Positions 1 to 9,173 of a stretch of DNA of 64,000 nt are shown here, piece after piece. The translations under genes and the position numbers were made by a program. Every line of letters starts with the position of its first letter. Position 1 is the first letter of the stretch. Source of the stretch: Planctomycetota bacterium (GTDB lineage Bacteria; Planctomycetota; B15-G4); contig CBDFJQ010000002.1 of the NCBI GenBank assembly GCA_965248575.1, positions 128,001-192,000 of the forward strand, in the 5' to 3' direction. The notes below the pieces were generated by a model. That model saw only the letters and a program-made list of their open reading frames with translations. It was not told where the DNA came from and ran no database searches.

Positions 1-115
1 GCCCGAGGAAGCCCAGGACCTCGCCCGCCTCCACTCGAAGGTCGAGCGCATCCAAGCCGATTTGCTCGCCGTAGCGTTTGCTGAGGTCGAGGGTCTCGAC
101 AATTGGTGTTGGCAT
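1..115 (-). CDS. ABC transporter ATP-binding protein, N-terminal part (runs off the window)
   Basis: Manual translation MPTPIVETLDLSKRYGEQIGLDALDLRVEAGEVLGFLG..., the typical ABC ATPase N-terminus leading into Walker A. Confidence 0.85.
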   Translation of the reverse strand, partial: MPTPIVETLDLSKRYGEQIGLDALDLRVEAGEVLGFLG

Positions 116-200
116 GCGCAGCTCGGTGCTGTGGGGGTGCGCATCCTACCGTTCGTTGGCGCGACGCACCGTGCCTCGCAACCGAACGGGGGCGAAGCCC

Positions 201-1022
201 CTAGAGCGTCACGCCAAAGACGCCCTTGAGCGCCAGGCCGGCGCCGATGGAGAGCAGGAAGAAGGAGATGAGGATGCCTCCCTCCCCGTCCGGCAGCCCT
301 GGGATGGGGCGGTCCGGGTACTGCAGCCGGATCTCCTTTACGGGCGAATCGGCAGCCAGGGCGGCCTCTCCCGGGTACAGGTAGCCTTCCCAGCTCTTGG
401 TGCGCATGAAGGGCACCTTGCGGGACTCACCGCCCGCGGCCAGCCCCTTCTCGATCACCTCGTCGCCCACGTGGATCTTGAGCACGTGGTCACCGGGCTC
501 GTCGACCTTCAGGCGCCAGGCGATCTCACCCGCGCCAGGCACGGCTGGGGCGGTGAGGCTCAAGCCGGCAGGCAGTTCGAGGCGCACATCGCTGGCGTGC
601 ACATCCGTGAACTCCGAGTCCAGTTCCATGGTCAGCACCTGCGTGCTGCCGGGGACCATGGGGTCGAGCGCATAGTGCGCTTCGAGCTGGAACAGGATGG
701 TCATCATGGGCACGAACATGACGATCATGGGCAGGATGTTGTGCCCGATGTAGAGCGCGTTCTTGCCCAGGATCTTGCCTGTCGCGATCACCACACCCAG
801 GAGGTCGTCCTGGAAGAGGCGGATCTCGAGCAGGTGGACCTTGATGTCGTTCTTGGCCTTCTCGATGCCCGCCTGGTTGCTGATCCACTTGTAGACCAGG
901 AGCGCCACGATACCGCCCAGGATGGACCACAGCAGGATGTCGACGAGCGCAGACGCGCTGCCGAACCAGCCCAGCACGGGGCCGAAGATGGCGGAGGTGA
1001 CGGAGTTGAAGGTGGTGAGCAT
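201..1022 (-). CDS. Membrane protein, EMC3/TMCO1/DUF106-like, with a soluble beta-rich insertion
   Basis: 273 aa; TM1, helical linker (SNQAGIEKAKNDIK), TM2 (PMIVMFVPMMTILFQL), about 130-aa beta-rich domain, C-terminal TM ending LALKGVFGV. Confidence 0.6.
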   Translation of the reverse strand: MLTTFNSVTSAIFGPVLGWFGSASALVDILLWSILGGIVALLVYKWISNQAGIEKAKNDIKVHLLEIRLFQDDLLGVVIATGKILGKNALYIGHNILPMIVMFVPMMTILFQLEAHYALDPMVPGSTQVLTMELDSEFTDVHASDVRLELPAGLSLTAPAVPGAGEIAWRLKVDEPGDHVLKIHVGDEVIEKGLAAGGESRKVPFMRTKSWEGYLYPGEAALAADSPVKEIRLQYPDRPIPGLPDGEGGILISFFLLSIGAGLALKGVFGVTL

Positions 1023-1079
1023 CGCGAGGTCGGAGGGCGAGGAGTGCGGTGGAGCCGTGAGGCACCCGAAGTGCGGCGA

Positions 1080-1274
1080 CTAGCTGATGTAACCCAGGCC
1101 GCGCAGCTTGTTCTTGATGTCTTCGTCACTCTCGCCGCCTTCGAAGTTCTGCATCTCCTTTTCAAGGATGTGCGTGATGAACTCCTCCACCGTGGCGTAG
1201 CCGGCGGTGTCCGAGACGCGCTTCAAACGGGTGATGAGGTCCTTGTCGAGCCTGACTTTGGTGGCGCCGAACAT
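1080..1274 (-). CDS. Small CopG/ribbon-helix-helix-like protein with C-terminal LRGLGYI tail
   Basis: 64 aa; KVRLDKDL...AGYATVEEFITHIL RHH-like pattern; resembles 8795-9034. Confidence 0.75.
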   Translation of the reverse strand: MFGATKVRLDKDLITRLKRVSDTAGYATVEEFITHILEKEMQNFEGGESDEDIKNKLRGLGYIS

Positions 1275-1352
1275 GTGGGTGCTCCGGTCTAGGAGAGAGG
1301 AAGAAGGGTGAGTGCCTGGTGGGTCGTGCCGAAGAGCCGTTGAGGCCCCAGG

Positions 1353-3434
1353 TCAGCGGAGAAAGCTCTCGCCAACCATGTCGGCTGGGATTGCGACTCC
1401 ATAATAGTCCAGAAGTGAGGCCGTGACGTCGGTCAGGTTGTTGCCGTCATGGGCCAGCTTGCGGTTGCTGAGCAGGATGCCCGGAACGACCTCGGGGGCC
1501 ATCAGGTGGTTTCCGGACCAGCGGCTCTCGTTGTCGACGAAGACCGCCTCGGTGATCTCACCCAGGGTGGACTCCTCGGAGCAACCGTAGCCGGCGGCGT
1601 AGCCCACCACGATGTCCGGTGCCTCGCTGACACGTTCACCGGAGTAGATGTCGGAGGCCTTCTTGGCGTGCAGGACGGCATCTGCGCCGTCCCTGGGGTC
1701 CTTGAGGGCCTGCAGCTTGGCGATGATCTCGGCGCTCAGGGCGTCCGCCTCGGACTCGCCGACGATGCCCTCCGCCTCGCGACCTTCCATGTTCAGGTAG
1801 AGGCCGTTGAAGCCGAGCCCGTAGGCGCGGGTCTGGCTCCAGTCGATGGAGTGCAGCGGGATGCCGTTGTCATCGACCCGAACCTCGCCGGCCTCGTCAA
1901 GGATCGCGGGGCCCACGGCGCCGGTCTTCCTGTCGCCGTTGAGGACGAGGTAGCCCTCCTCGCGCAGCCAGGCGTTGAGATGCAGCTGGCGACGGAAGGG
2001 CTGGAAGCCGTGGTCGCTCATGACCAGCAGCAAGGTCTCGGGGGGCAGCTGCTCGCGCACGCGACCCAAGACGCCGTCGACGGTGGTGTAGAAGTCCTCG
2101 ATGTCGAGGCGGTGCTTGGCTGCCGACTCTGCCTCGAAGGCGGGGTGCGGGGCGCTGTCGTCGTGTTTGGGGTCGCCGTGGCGCCAGAGCATGTGGCACT
2201 GCAGATCGATGTCCGACAGGTACATGAAGCTCATGTCCCCGGCGGAGAAGCGCTCCAGCGCGACGTCGAGCATCATGTGCCCGTCCTCGTGCACCAACTT
2301 CACCTGGCTGATGTAGTCGTCGTCGTCGAAGAGGCCGTCCTTCAGGGCGTTCACTTCTTCGGGCATGCCCTGGGTGTAGTAGCGGCCCATGGCCTCGGCG
2401 AGATCCTCAGCCGCCGAGTCGGGGGTTGCGATGGCCTGCGCCGGGGCCTCGGGGTCGATGTTCACTGGGGAGGCGTAGAGCTTCAGGTTCGGGCGCACGT
2501 CCTTGAGGTAGAAGCGCACCATGCCGCCCATGGGCATCATGGGCATGGGCTCGAAGCTGACGGACATCCAGTCGCTCCACTCGCCCACCTGCAGCACGGA
2601 CTGCCCGCTGGGTGCGCTGACATCGCCGACCCGCAGCCAGACCACCTCGTCGTTCTTGGAGACGGTGACGGTGAGCGGGGTGGAGAGCAGGTCATGGGGG
2701 CCCTTGCCGACGCGCATGGAATCCGGCGGGCCGAAGACTGCGGAGCGGTAGGTCTCGTCGAAGCCGTCGCCGTCCTCGTCGTCAGGCGAGATGATCTGCA
2801 GGTCGGCCTTCAGCTCGGAGGCGTTGGGCAGGATCTCGTCCGTGTACCAGGTGTACTCGCCTGCGGTGCCGCGCATGTCCACCGTGCCCATGCCCGACAG
2901 GGTCAAGGCCTCGGAGGGCGTGACGGGGTAGTTGCCGGGGATGCGATAGACCTCGGTCTTCACCCCTGCCTCGTTCAGGTAGTCCCAGTAGGGCTTGCCC
3001 GAGCGGTTGTTGGGCAGCTCTTCGCCACCCAAGGGGATGGCGTAGCCGAACATCTCGAGCATCGCCGGCTCTTCGCCGCTGGGGGCCGGGGTCGCCGAGG
3101 TGATGGGGATGTAGGTCGCCGGATCGCGATGGATGAAGTCGTAGATCCCGTGGCCGCCTGGGTTCATGCCCGTGACGAAGTTGGACCAGGCGACGGGGCT
3201 CTGGGGCGGGTTGCTGGTGCCGAGTTGCTGGAAGCTGCCCTCTCCGGCGAGCTTCTGGAAGTGGGGCATCTTGCCCTCATCCATGAGCCGCTGGAGGATT
3301 TGCGGATCCATGCCATCGATACCCAGGACGAACACGCCCGCCTTGTCGGCGCTGGTGTCCTGGAGGGCGGAAGCCGCGGCGAAGGGGGAGATGACCGTCA
3401 GCGCGAACGCGAACGACGACAGCAGCATGCCCAT
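1353..3434 (-). CDS. Alkaline phosphatase superfamily protein (type I phosphodiesterase/nucleotide pyrophosphatase-like), predicted exported
   Basis: N-terminal signal peptide; GIDGMD, PPQSPVAWSNFVTG, DxxxH and SDHGF motifs; start overlaps the upstream gene's stop. Confidence 0.85.
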   Translation of the reverse strand: MGMLLSSFAFALTVISPFAAASALQDTSADKAGVFVLGIDGMDPQILQRLMDEGKMPHFQKLAGEGSFQQLGTSNPPQSPVAWSNFVTGMNPGGHGIYDFIHRDPATYIPITSATPAPSGEEPAMLEMFGYAIPLGGEELPNNRSGKPYWDYLNEAGVKTEVYRIPGNYPVTPSEALTLSGMGTVDMRGTAGEYTWYTDEILPNASELKADLQIISPDDEDGDGFDETYRSAVFGPPDSMRVGKGPHDLLSTPLTVTVSKNDEVVWLRVGDVSAPSGQSVLQVGEWSDWMSVSFEPMPMMPMGGMVRFYLKDVRPNLKLYASPVNIDPEAPAQAIATPDSAAEDLAEAMGRYYTQGMPEEVNALKDGLFDDDDYISQVKLVHEDGHMMLDVALERFSAGDMSFMYLSDIDLQCHMLWRHGDPKHDDSAPHPAFEAESAAKHRLDIEDFYTTVDGVLGRVREQLPPETLLLVMSDHGFQPFRRQLHLNAWLREEGYLVLNGDRKTGAVGPAILDEAGEVRVDDNGIPLHSIDWSQTRAYGLGFNGLYLNMEGREAEGIVGESEADALSAEIIAKLQALKDPRDGADAVLHAKKASDIYSGERVSEAPDIVVGYAAGYGCSEESTLGEITEAVFVDNESRWSGNHLMAPEVVPGILLSNRKLAHDGNNLTDVTASLLDYYGVAIPADMVGESFLR

Positions 3435-5686
3435 CAGTTGTGATCCTCGGCTGTGGCGGCTTCGGGGGCAGCACCACCGGTGACGGCCTCTGCCTCGCCG
3501 GAGTCGGGGCGGCCCTCGGGGAAGATCAGCGCGCCGGGTGCCGAGCCCGACTGGCTGAGGGTGGTGGGGTCCAGAGGGCCCGTGAAGGCCTGCTCGCCGG
3601 GAGTGGCGAAGATCGAGGAGCCCTGCATGTAGTCGGCCGGTTTCTGGCCGAACAGCGTCATCACGGACGGCGCCATGTCCAGCAGGTTGGGCGTCTCGGT
3701 GTTGATGGGCATGTTGGAGAAGAAGATGCCCGGCACGATGCGCGGATCGACGCAGTGGTCGCCGCTCCAGCTCTTGTTGTTGTCGCTGAAGGTCTCGAGC
3801 GGCACGGAACCGGTGGCGCAGTCCCAGCTGTTCCGGAAGCCACCGTCGTAGCCGATGATCAGGTCTGGGGCGTCAAACCGGTACGGGCCATCGTAGAAGT
3901 CGGCAGAGGCGAAGACGTCGATGATGGCCTTGCGGTCATCCTTCGGGTCGCGCATTTGCTTCAACTTGGAGATCAGCTCCTGCACCAGGGCGTCGTACTC
4001 CGCGCCCTCCTCCACGATACCGCTGGCCTCGCGGCCCTTGCGGTTGATGAACATGCCGGTCAGGCCCAGGCTGAAGGCCTTGGTGCGACTCCAGTCGACG
4101 TTCTCGAACCAGTCACCGGATGTCTCGCAACCCTCCTTCAAGAAGAGGTAGCCCTCGTGCTTGAGCCAGGTGTTGAGGTTCACGCCGCGGCGGAAGTTCG
4201 TGAAGCCGTGGTCGGAGATGATGCAGAAGCAGGTGTCCTCGCGGACCAGGTCGTCCCACATCTCGCCCAGCATCGTGTCCATGCGCTGGTACACGTTGCA
4301 GATGGCGTCCTTCCACTTCTCCGTGTCACGCCCCTCGTTGGCCGGGTGATCCGGGTCGAGGTAGCGGTAGAACATGTGCTGCACACGGTCGGTGGTGTCG
4401 AAGACGCAGGTGATGAGGCCCTTCTTCGTCTTCTGCAGTGCGTCCTTGAACATGGCGACGCGCTCGTCGGCGATGAGCATGGCCTGCTTGTAGAAGGCCT
4501 CCTCGTCGATGACGCGCTCGTTCAACGCCCACGTGTCTTCCGCCAGGCCCAGGGTCGCGAACTTGCCCAGCTTCTTCGCCAGGTAGATCGCGTACACAGC
4601 CGGGTGGCTGATGGGCATCGCCGGGTTCTCCGGGTCGATGTGAATGGGCGTGTGGTAGAGGTTGAAGTCGGGGTCGATCTCGGTGATGTAGAAGCGCGCG
4701 ATGCCCTTGGCCTTGCCGAACGACAGGTCGATCCACTCGCTGTACTCACGCGGCTTCAGCGTGAAGGCATCCGTGCCGTCCACCTCGAAGGTCGCCGAGG
4801 ACTTGTCCGGCGCGACCGTGATGGTCATGGGGATGGTCATGTTGCCGCCGGTGCCGTCATCGGGGCCCATGATGCGCGTGCGGATGCGGTTGCCGTCGCC
4901 TGTGCGGCGCAGCACCGTCTGCTCGCCGCCAGTGAAGGCTGCGTGCCCGTCACTGCTTTGGGTACTGAAGAAACCGAAGGTTCCCTGGCTTCCGCGCAGG
5001 TCGGGCACGCACATGCCTGACAGCAATTGACCCTTGAAGGGGACCGGCGGGAAGGTGATCGGCACGCGCTGGATGGTGGACGGGATGTTGCGCTGTCCCA
5101 GCAGCTTCCAGAAGGCCTGGCTCTTCTGGAGCAGCTTGATGTTCACCTTGGTGCCGGGCAGGGGCACCATGAACTTACCGATGTTCATGACGCGCTTGGC
5201 CGAGCGGATGTCGGTGCTCGAGAGCATCGGCATGTACGTGCACGGGTCGCGCGTCAAGAAGTCGTAGATATTGTGACGCGAGGGGTCCACGCCCGTGGTG
5301 AAGCTGGACCAGGCCACCGGCGACATGGACGGGTAGCTGGTGCCCAGCGGCCGGAAGACACCCTTGTCAGCCAGGCGCTGGAAGTTGGGCAGCTTGCCCT
5401 CGCGCATGAACTTCGTGGTGAGTCCTGGGTCCATGCCGTCCAGACCCAGGATCACCACGCGCTTCACACGCGCCTTCTTGAAGGGGTTGCCCGTGAGAAT
5501 CAGCCGCCAGATCAAGCGCAGCGGGAAGATCAGGATGGTGCCGACCGCCAGGAACATCGTGGTGACGAGCACCAGCGCAGACCCAGCAAAGGCGAAACCC
5601 GCACCGGGGCCGATGTACGCCGCCGCCGGCTGGGTGGCGAGCAGCACCCAGACGGCAACGATGGAGACGATCTTCAGGCGACGCAT
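3434..5686 (-). CDS. Alkaline phosphatase superfamily protein (phosphodiesterase-like), membrane-anchored paralog
   Basis: Likely start MRRLKIV at 5686; signal peptide, AYIGPGAG, TM helix; GLDGMD, PSMSPVAWSSFTTG, DRVQH, SDHGF, SGDH. Confidence 0.85.
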   Translation of the reverse strand: MRRLKIVSIVAVWVLLATQPAAAYIGPGAGFAFAGSALVLVTTMFLAVGTILIFPLRLIWRLILTGNPFKKARVKRVVILGLDGMDPGLTTKFMREGKLPNFQRLADKGVFRPLGTSYPSMSPVAWSSFTTGVDPSRHNIYDFLTRDPCTYMPMLSSTDIRSAKRVMNIGKFMVPLPGTKVNIKLLQKSQAFWKLLGQRNIPSTIQRVPITFPPVPFKGQLLSGMCVPDLRGSQGTFGFFSTQSSDGHAAFTGGEQTVLRRTGDGNRIRTRIMGPDDGTGGNMTIPMTITVAPDKSSATFEVDGTDAFTLKPREYSEWIDLSFGKAKGIARFYITEIDPDFNLYHTPIHIDPENPAMPISHPAVYAIYLAKKLGKFATLGLAEDTWALNERVIDEEAFYKQAMLIADERVAMFKDALQKTKKGLITCVFDTTDRVQHMFYRYLDPDHPANEGRDTEKWKDAICNVYQRMDTMLGEMWDDLVREDTCFCIISDHGFTNFRRGVNLNTWLKHEGYLFLKEGCETSGDWFENVDWSRTKAFSLGLTGMFINRKGREASGIVEEGAEYDALVQELISKLKQMRDPKDDRKAIIDVFASADFYDGPYRFDAPDLIIGYDGGFRNSWDCATGSVPLETFSDNNKSWSGDHCVDPRIVPGIFFSNMPINTETPNLLDMAPSVMTLFGQKPADYMQGSSIFATPGEQAFTGPLDPTTLSQSGSAPGALIFPEGRPDSGEAEAVTGGAAPEAATAEDHN

Positions 5687-5749
5687 CAAGTCAGTATCTC
5701 GCGGGGCGGCGGCCTGGCCGGCCAATATCACGGTCTAGAAAGAAGGAAC

Positions 5750-6361
5750 TCAGTCGATGAACTTCAGGGACTTCAGGCGGCCCTTGATCTGCTCCTCCTC
5801 CTCGGAGGAGATGCCACCATCATCGGCGGCATGGGCGAGGCCCTTCAGCTCAAGGTAGCGGATGATCTTGTCCACGGACTCGTCGATGCCTTCGTTCTCG
5901 GTGTGCACTTCGACTTCGGGGTTCTTGGGAGCCTCATAAGGATCGTCGATTCCCGTGAATCCCTTGATCTCACCTGCCCGCGCCTTCTTGTAGAGGCCCT
6001 TCGTGTCGCGCTCCTCGAGCTTCTCGATGGAGCACTCGGTGTAGACCTCCACGAAGTTCTCGTGCATGCCGCGCACTTCGTCGCGGATGCCCTGGTAGGG
6101 GGAGATGGCGGCCGCGATGCAGACAGTGTTGTTGCGGGCCAAAAGGCTGCTGACAAAGCCGATCCGGCGAATGTTGGTGTCGCGGTCCTCCTTGGAGAAG
6201 CCGAGGCCCTTGGAGAGGTTGGTGCGCACCACGTCGCCGTCCAGCAGCTCGACGTTCATGCCGCGCTTCAGGAGGATCTTCTCGATCTTCTTGCCGAGGG
6301 TGGTCTTGCCGGCACCGGAGAGACCGGTGAACCAGAGAGTGAAGCCGGGATGGTTGGCCAT
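5750..6361 (-). CDS. cysC: Adenylyl-sulfate kinase with acidic C-terminal extension
   Basis: [13 protein letters not shown]-loop, [40 protein letters not shown]. Confidence 0.97.
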   Translation of the reverse strand: MANHPGFTLWFTGLSGAGKTTLGKKIEKILLKRGMNVELLDGDVVRTNLSKGLGFSKEDRDTNIRRIGFVSSLLARNNTVCIAAAISPYQGIRDEVRGMHENFVEVYTECSIEKLEERDTKGLYKKARAGEIKGFTGIDDPYEAPKNPEVEVHTENEGIDESVDKIIRYLELKGLAHAADDGGISSEEEEQIKGRLKSLKFID

Positions 6362-6568
6362 GATTGGTATTGCCTTTTCAGTAAGCGTGTGGGGTTGTGG
6401 GTAGACGTCGCGGGCAGGCTGATTGTTGGGTGCTGCCCATCGGTCGGAGAAGAGAACAGCTTGGTCCCGGCAGGGCGCCCTCCAACGACAGACCGGGTGG
6501 TGCGCGGTGCGTCGCCCTTGGGAGCCTCGCCGGGGGGCGAAGGCTCGAGTGCGTGATCGCTCAGGCGA

Positions 6569-7534
6569 TCAGCGGATCTGGCCTTCGAGGAACGGCACCT
6601 GGAAGACCTTCTCGTGCATGATCGGCCCGTGGCCGAAGTAGCCACTCTCACCGAAGAGCTCGCCATGGTCGGCGGTCACGGTGATGTAGGTGTTCTTGGG
6701 AACCATGTCGTACAGCGCAGGGAACACGGTCTCGTCGAGGTAGCGCACCGTGTCGATCTGCATCTCGCGCAGCTTGTCGAGCTTGTCCTGGTCAAAGAAC
6801 TTCGGCACCTGGTCGTCCTTGACCAGCTTGCCGCCCACGTTCTGGCTGTCGAGATGCTTGAAGACCCCGTGGATGCCACTGATACGCGGCCAGTTGCTGG
6901 GGTCCTCATCCGGCTTGACGAACGGGTAGTGCGTCTCGCCGACGTTGAGCAGGTGGAAAGACGGACGGTCGTCGTCGAAATGCAGCGTCGGCAACATGGC
7001 CATCATGTCGTTGTGCTTGTCCATCAGCTGGAAGCTGTCGAACGCGCGGTTGACACCCGTCTTGCTGTTGAGCACCGGCAGGGACACGCGAGCGTGGGTC
7101 GTGTAGCCCAGCTCGTTGCGCATGTACTCGGGCATCCACAGCGAAGGCACGAGCTTTCCGAACTCCATCCCCTTCGTGCCGAAGCGGGTGTTGTAGTTCA
7201 GGAAGTCCTCCTTGTAGTACTCGGAGGCGAACTCGTTCTGCGGGCTGACGTGGGGCAGCAGACCCATGAGCAGGTTGTAGTGGGACGGCCCGGTCCAGCT
7301 TGCATAGCTGAAGCGTGGGTCCACCTGCCCTCCGGAGAGCTTCGCGATGTTCTTGGGCTTGGCCGCCATGAACGAATCAAAACGGCATGAGTCCAGGATC
7401 ACGATGATGTAGTTGTTCTTCGCCTTGGGCTCGGAACGCGGGGCTGCAGAGGTCGCCGTGCGGATGCCGGCACCGGGTGCCGAGGGTGCCTGCACGTTGC
7501 GCGGCGGCTTCTTGAACATGTCGAGGATGCCCAT
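6569..7534 (-). CDS. Sulfatase-like hydrolase/transferase (AlkP superfamily), no signal peptide
   Basis: ILDSCRFD, ASWTGPSH, ETHYPF, TADHGE and FGHG motifs. Confidence 0.8.
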   Translation of the reverse strand: MGILDMFKKPPRNVQAPSAPGAGIRTATSAAPRSEPKAKNNYIIVILDSCRFDSFMAAKPKNIAKLSGGQVDPRFSYASWTGPSHYNLLMGLLPHVSPQNEFASEYYKEDFLNYNTRFGTKGMEFGKLVPSLWMPEYMRNELGYTTHARVSLPVLNSKTGVNRAFDSFQLMDKHNDMMAMLPTLHFDDDRPSFHLLNVGETHYPFVKPDEDPSNWPRISGIHGVFKHLDSQNVGGKLVKDDQVPKFFDQDKLDKLREMQIDTVRYLDETVFPALYDMVPKNTYITVTADHGELFGESGYFGHGPIMHEKVFQVPFLEGQIR

Positions 7535-7579
7535 GTTCGGTAGCTCTCCAGAGGGGTCGAGGGGAACGAAGTGTGTGGG

Positions 7580-8734
7580 TCAGACGGTGGCTTTGTTGGC
7601 CATCGAATCGATCAGGATGTCGGCCACTTCGGGGCGCGTGAACTCGACGGGCGGACGCTCGCCGTTGGTCAGCATCTCGCGCACCTTGGTGCCCGAGAGG
7701 AACACCTTGTCCTCAGGCTTGGTGGCCGCAGCCGTCTTGCCGGACGCCATGGCGCCCGCGATCTTGTCCCAGAAGGAGTGCTCGAACATCAGGGGCGTGA
7801 TGCGGATCTCGTCGGCGGTGAAGTTGCCGAAGATCTCCTGGGCATCGTAGGTGCCGTAGTAGTCGCCCACGCCGGCGTGGTCGCGGCCCACGATGAAGTG
7901 GGTGCAGCCGTAGTTCTGGCGCAGGAGCGCGTGGAACAGGGCCTCGCGCGGGCCGGCGTAGCGCATGGCCTGGGGGTAGACAGCGAGAGCGACGCGGTCG
8001 TTCGGATAGTAGTTGTCGAGCAGCGTCGTGTAGCACTTCATGCGGACTTCAGCGGGGATGTCATCGCTCTTGGTCTCGCCCACGAGCGGGTGGACCAGGA
8101 GGCCATCGACGATCTCCAGTGCGCACTTGGTGAGGTACTCATGGGCGCGGTGGATCGGGTTGCGCGTCTGGAAGGCCACGACAGTCTTCCAGCCCTTCGT
8201 CTTGAACAACACGCGGGTCTCACGGGGCGAGAGGCGGTGGTCGTTGGCGAAGTTGTGCTTGGGCATGTTGAGCAGCGTGACCGGGCCGGCGAGGTAGCCG
8301 CCCTCGAGGCCATTCAGGTACTGCTTGCCGGGGTGCGCATCGTCCGTGGTGCCGAGAGTACCCTGGGCTTCGGTGTCCTTGTCGTAGCTGTAGGACTCCG
8401 TCAGGCCGAGCACACCGAGCAGCTCGCCGCCTTCGTCATGCAGGGCGATCAGGCTGCCGTTGTCGAAGCTGCCTCCCTTGCTCGACAAGGTGACGGGCAG
8501 GGGCCAGACGATGCCGTTGGCGAGGCGGCAGTTCTTGACCACTCCGTCCAGGTCAGCCTCGGTCATGAAGCCTTCGAGGGGGCTCATGGCACCCGTGGAG
8601 ATCATCTCGAGGTCGGACACTTCACGCGCGTTGAGCGTCAGCTTGGGCGCGGATGCAGCAGCGGCGAGCAGTTCGTCGCGCTGAGCTCCAGTGGCGATGC
8701 GGTTGATCAGGCGTCCACCGTGGGCGGGAATCAT
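7580..8734 (-). CDS. sat: Sulfate adenylyltransferase (ATP sulfurylase)
   Basis: PAHGG start, FQTRNPIHRAHEY, MRYAGPREA, GRDHAGVG, SGTKVR. Confidence 0.97.
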   Translation of the reverse strand: MIPAHGGRLINRIATGAQRDELLAAAASAPKLTLNAREVSDLEMISTGAMSPLEGFMTEADLDGVVKNCRLANGIVWPLPVTLSSKGGSFDNGSLIALHDEGGELLGVLGLTESYSYDKDTEAQGTLGTTDDAHPGKQYLNGLEGGYLAGPVTLLNMPKHNFANDHRLSPRETRVLFKTKGWKTVVAFQTRNPIHRAHEYLTKCALEIVDGLLVHPLVGETKSDDIPAEVRMKCYTTLLDNYYPNDRVALAVYPQAMRYAGPREALFHALLRQNYGCTHFIVGRDHAGVGDYYGTYDAQEIFGNFTADEIRITPLMFEHSFWDKIAGAMASGKTAAATKPEDKVFLSGTKVREMLTNGERPPVEFTRPEVADILIDSMANKATV

Positions 8735-8755
8735 CTTCTGTCTCTCTCTGTGTTG

Positions 8756-8798
8756 AAAAAAAAAGCAGGCTGGGTGCGCTGAGAGCGCGGGTGCCTAC
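8756..8798 (-). terminator. Putative intrinsic terminator/attenuator between the RHH gene and sat
   Basis: Minus strand GTAGGC-ACCC-GCGCT-CTC-AGCGC-ACCCA-GCCTGC followed by T9. Confidence 0.5.
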
Positions 8799-9034
8799 AG
8801 GTATCCGAGGTTTTCGAGCTTGCGCCGGATGTCGGCCAGCTCGTCGTTAGTGAAGTTGTTGCGTGCCACACCCGCTTCCGGGTCGGTCTTCTCGAGGGCG
8901 CGGTCGCCCACGAGGTCGCGCAGGACGAACACGATGAAGTCCGTGGCCGAGCTGAAGCCCGAGTCGGTGATCACCTCTTGAATACGCTCGTAGAGCGGCC
9001 GAGGGATCTTCACGGTGACCTTGCGGTCCTTCAT
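8795..9034 (-). CDS. CopG-family ribbon-helix-helix protein with C-terminal LENLGYL tail
   Basis: Start MKDRKVTVKIPRPLYERI...GFSSATDFIVFVLR at 9034 (79 aa). Confidence 0.85.
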   Translation of the reverse strand: MKDRKVTVKIPRPLYERIQEVITDSGFSSATDFIVFVLRDLVGDRALEKTDPEAGVARNNFTNDELADIRRKLENLGYL

Positions 9035-9112
9035 GGGGGCCTTTGTGCTGCGTGACAAGAGGTAGGGGTCGGGCGCAAGAAGCGAACGGAGAGCTGATTC
9101 GGGATTCAGGGG

Positions 9113-9173
9113 CTCCAACTGGAGGGCGATCAAACTTCTTGATGCACTCCAATGACACTCCGATTGGAGTGCA
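9113..9173. promoter_or_regulatory. Operator-like inverted repeats of CTCCAA-type boxes
   Basis: TGCACTCCAAT-N9-ATTGGAGTGCA (9143-9173) and CTCCA-AC-TGGAG (9113-9124) in the divergent intergenic region. Confidence 0.6.

Noticed and set aside
1353..7534. Classical formylglycine-dependent sulfatases
   Set aside because: None of the three AlkP-fold proteins has a C/SxPxR motif at the nucleophile position
78..8782. Long plus-strand ORFs (78-1292, 1449-3443, 3440-5020, 5027-6556, 7571-8782)
   Set aside because: Antisense shadows of well-supported minus-strand genes, expected in high-GC DNA, with no recognisable motifs. The same applies to similar shadow ORFs across the window.
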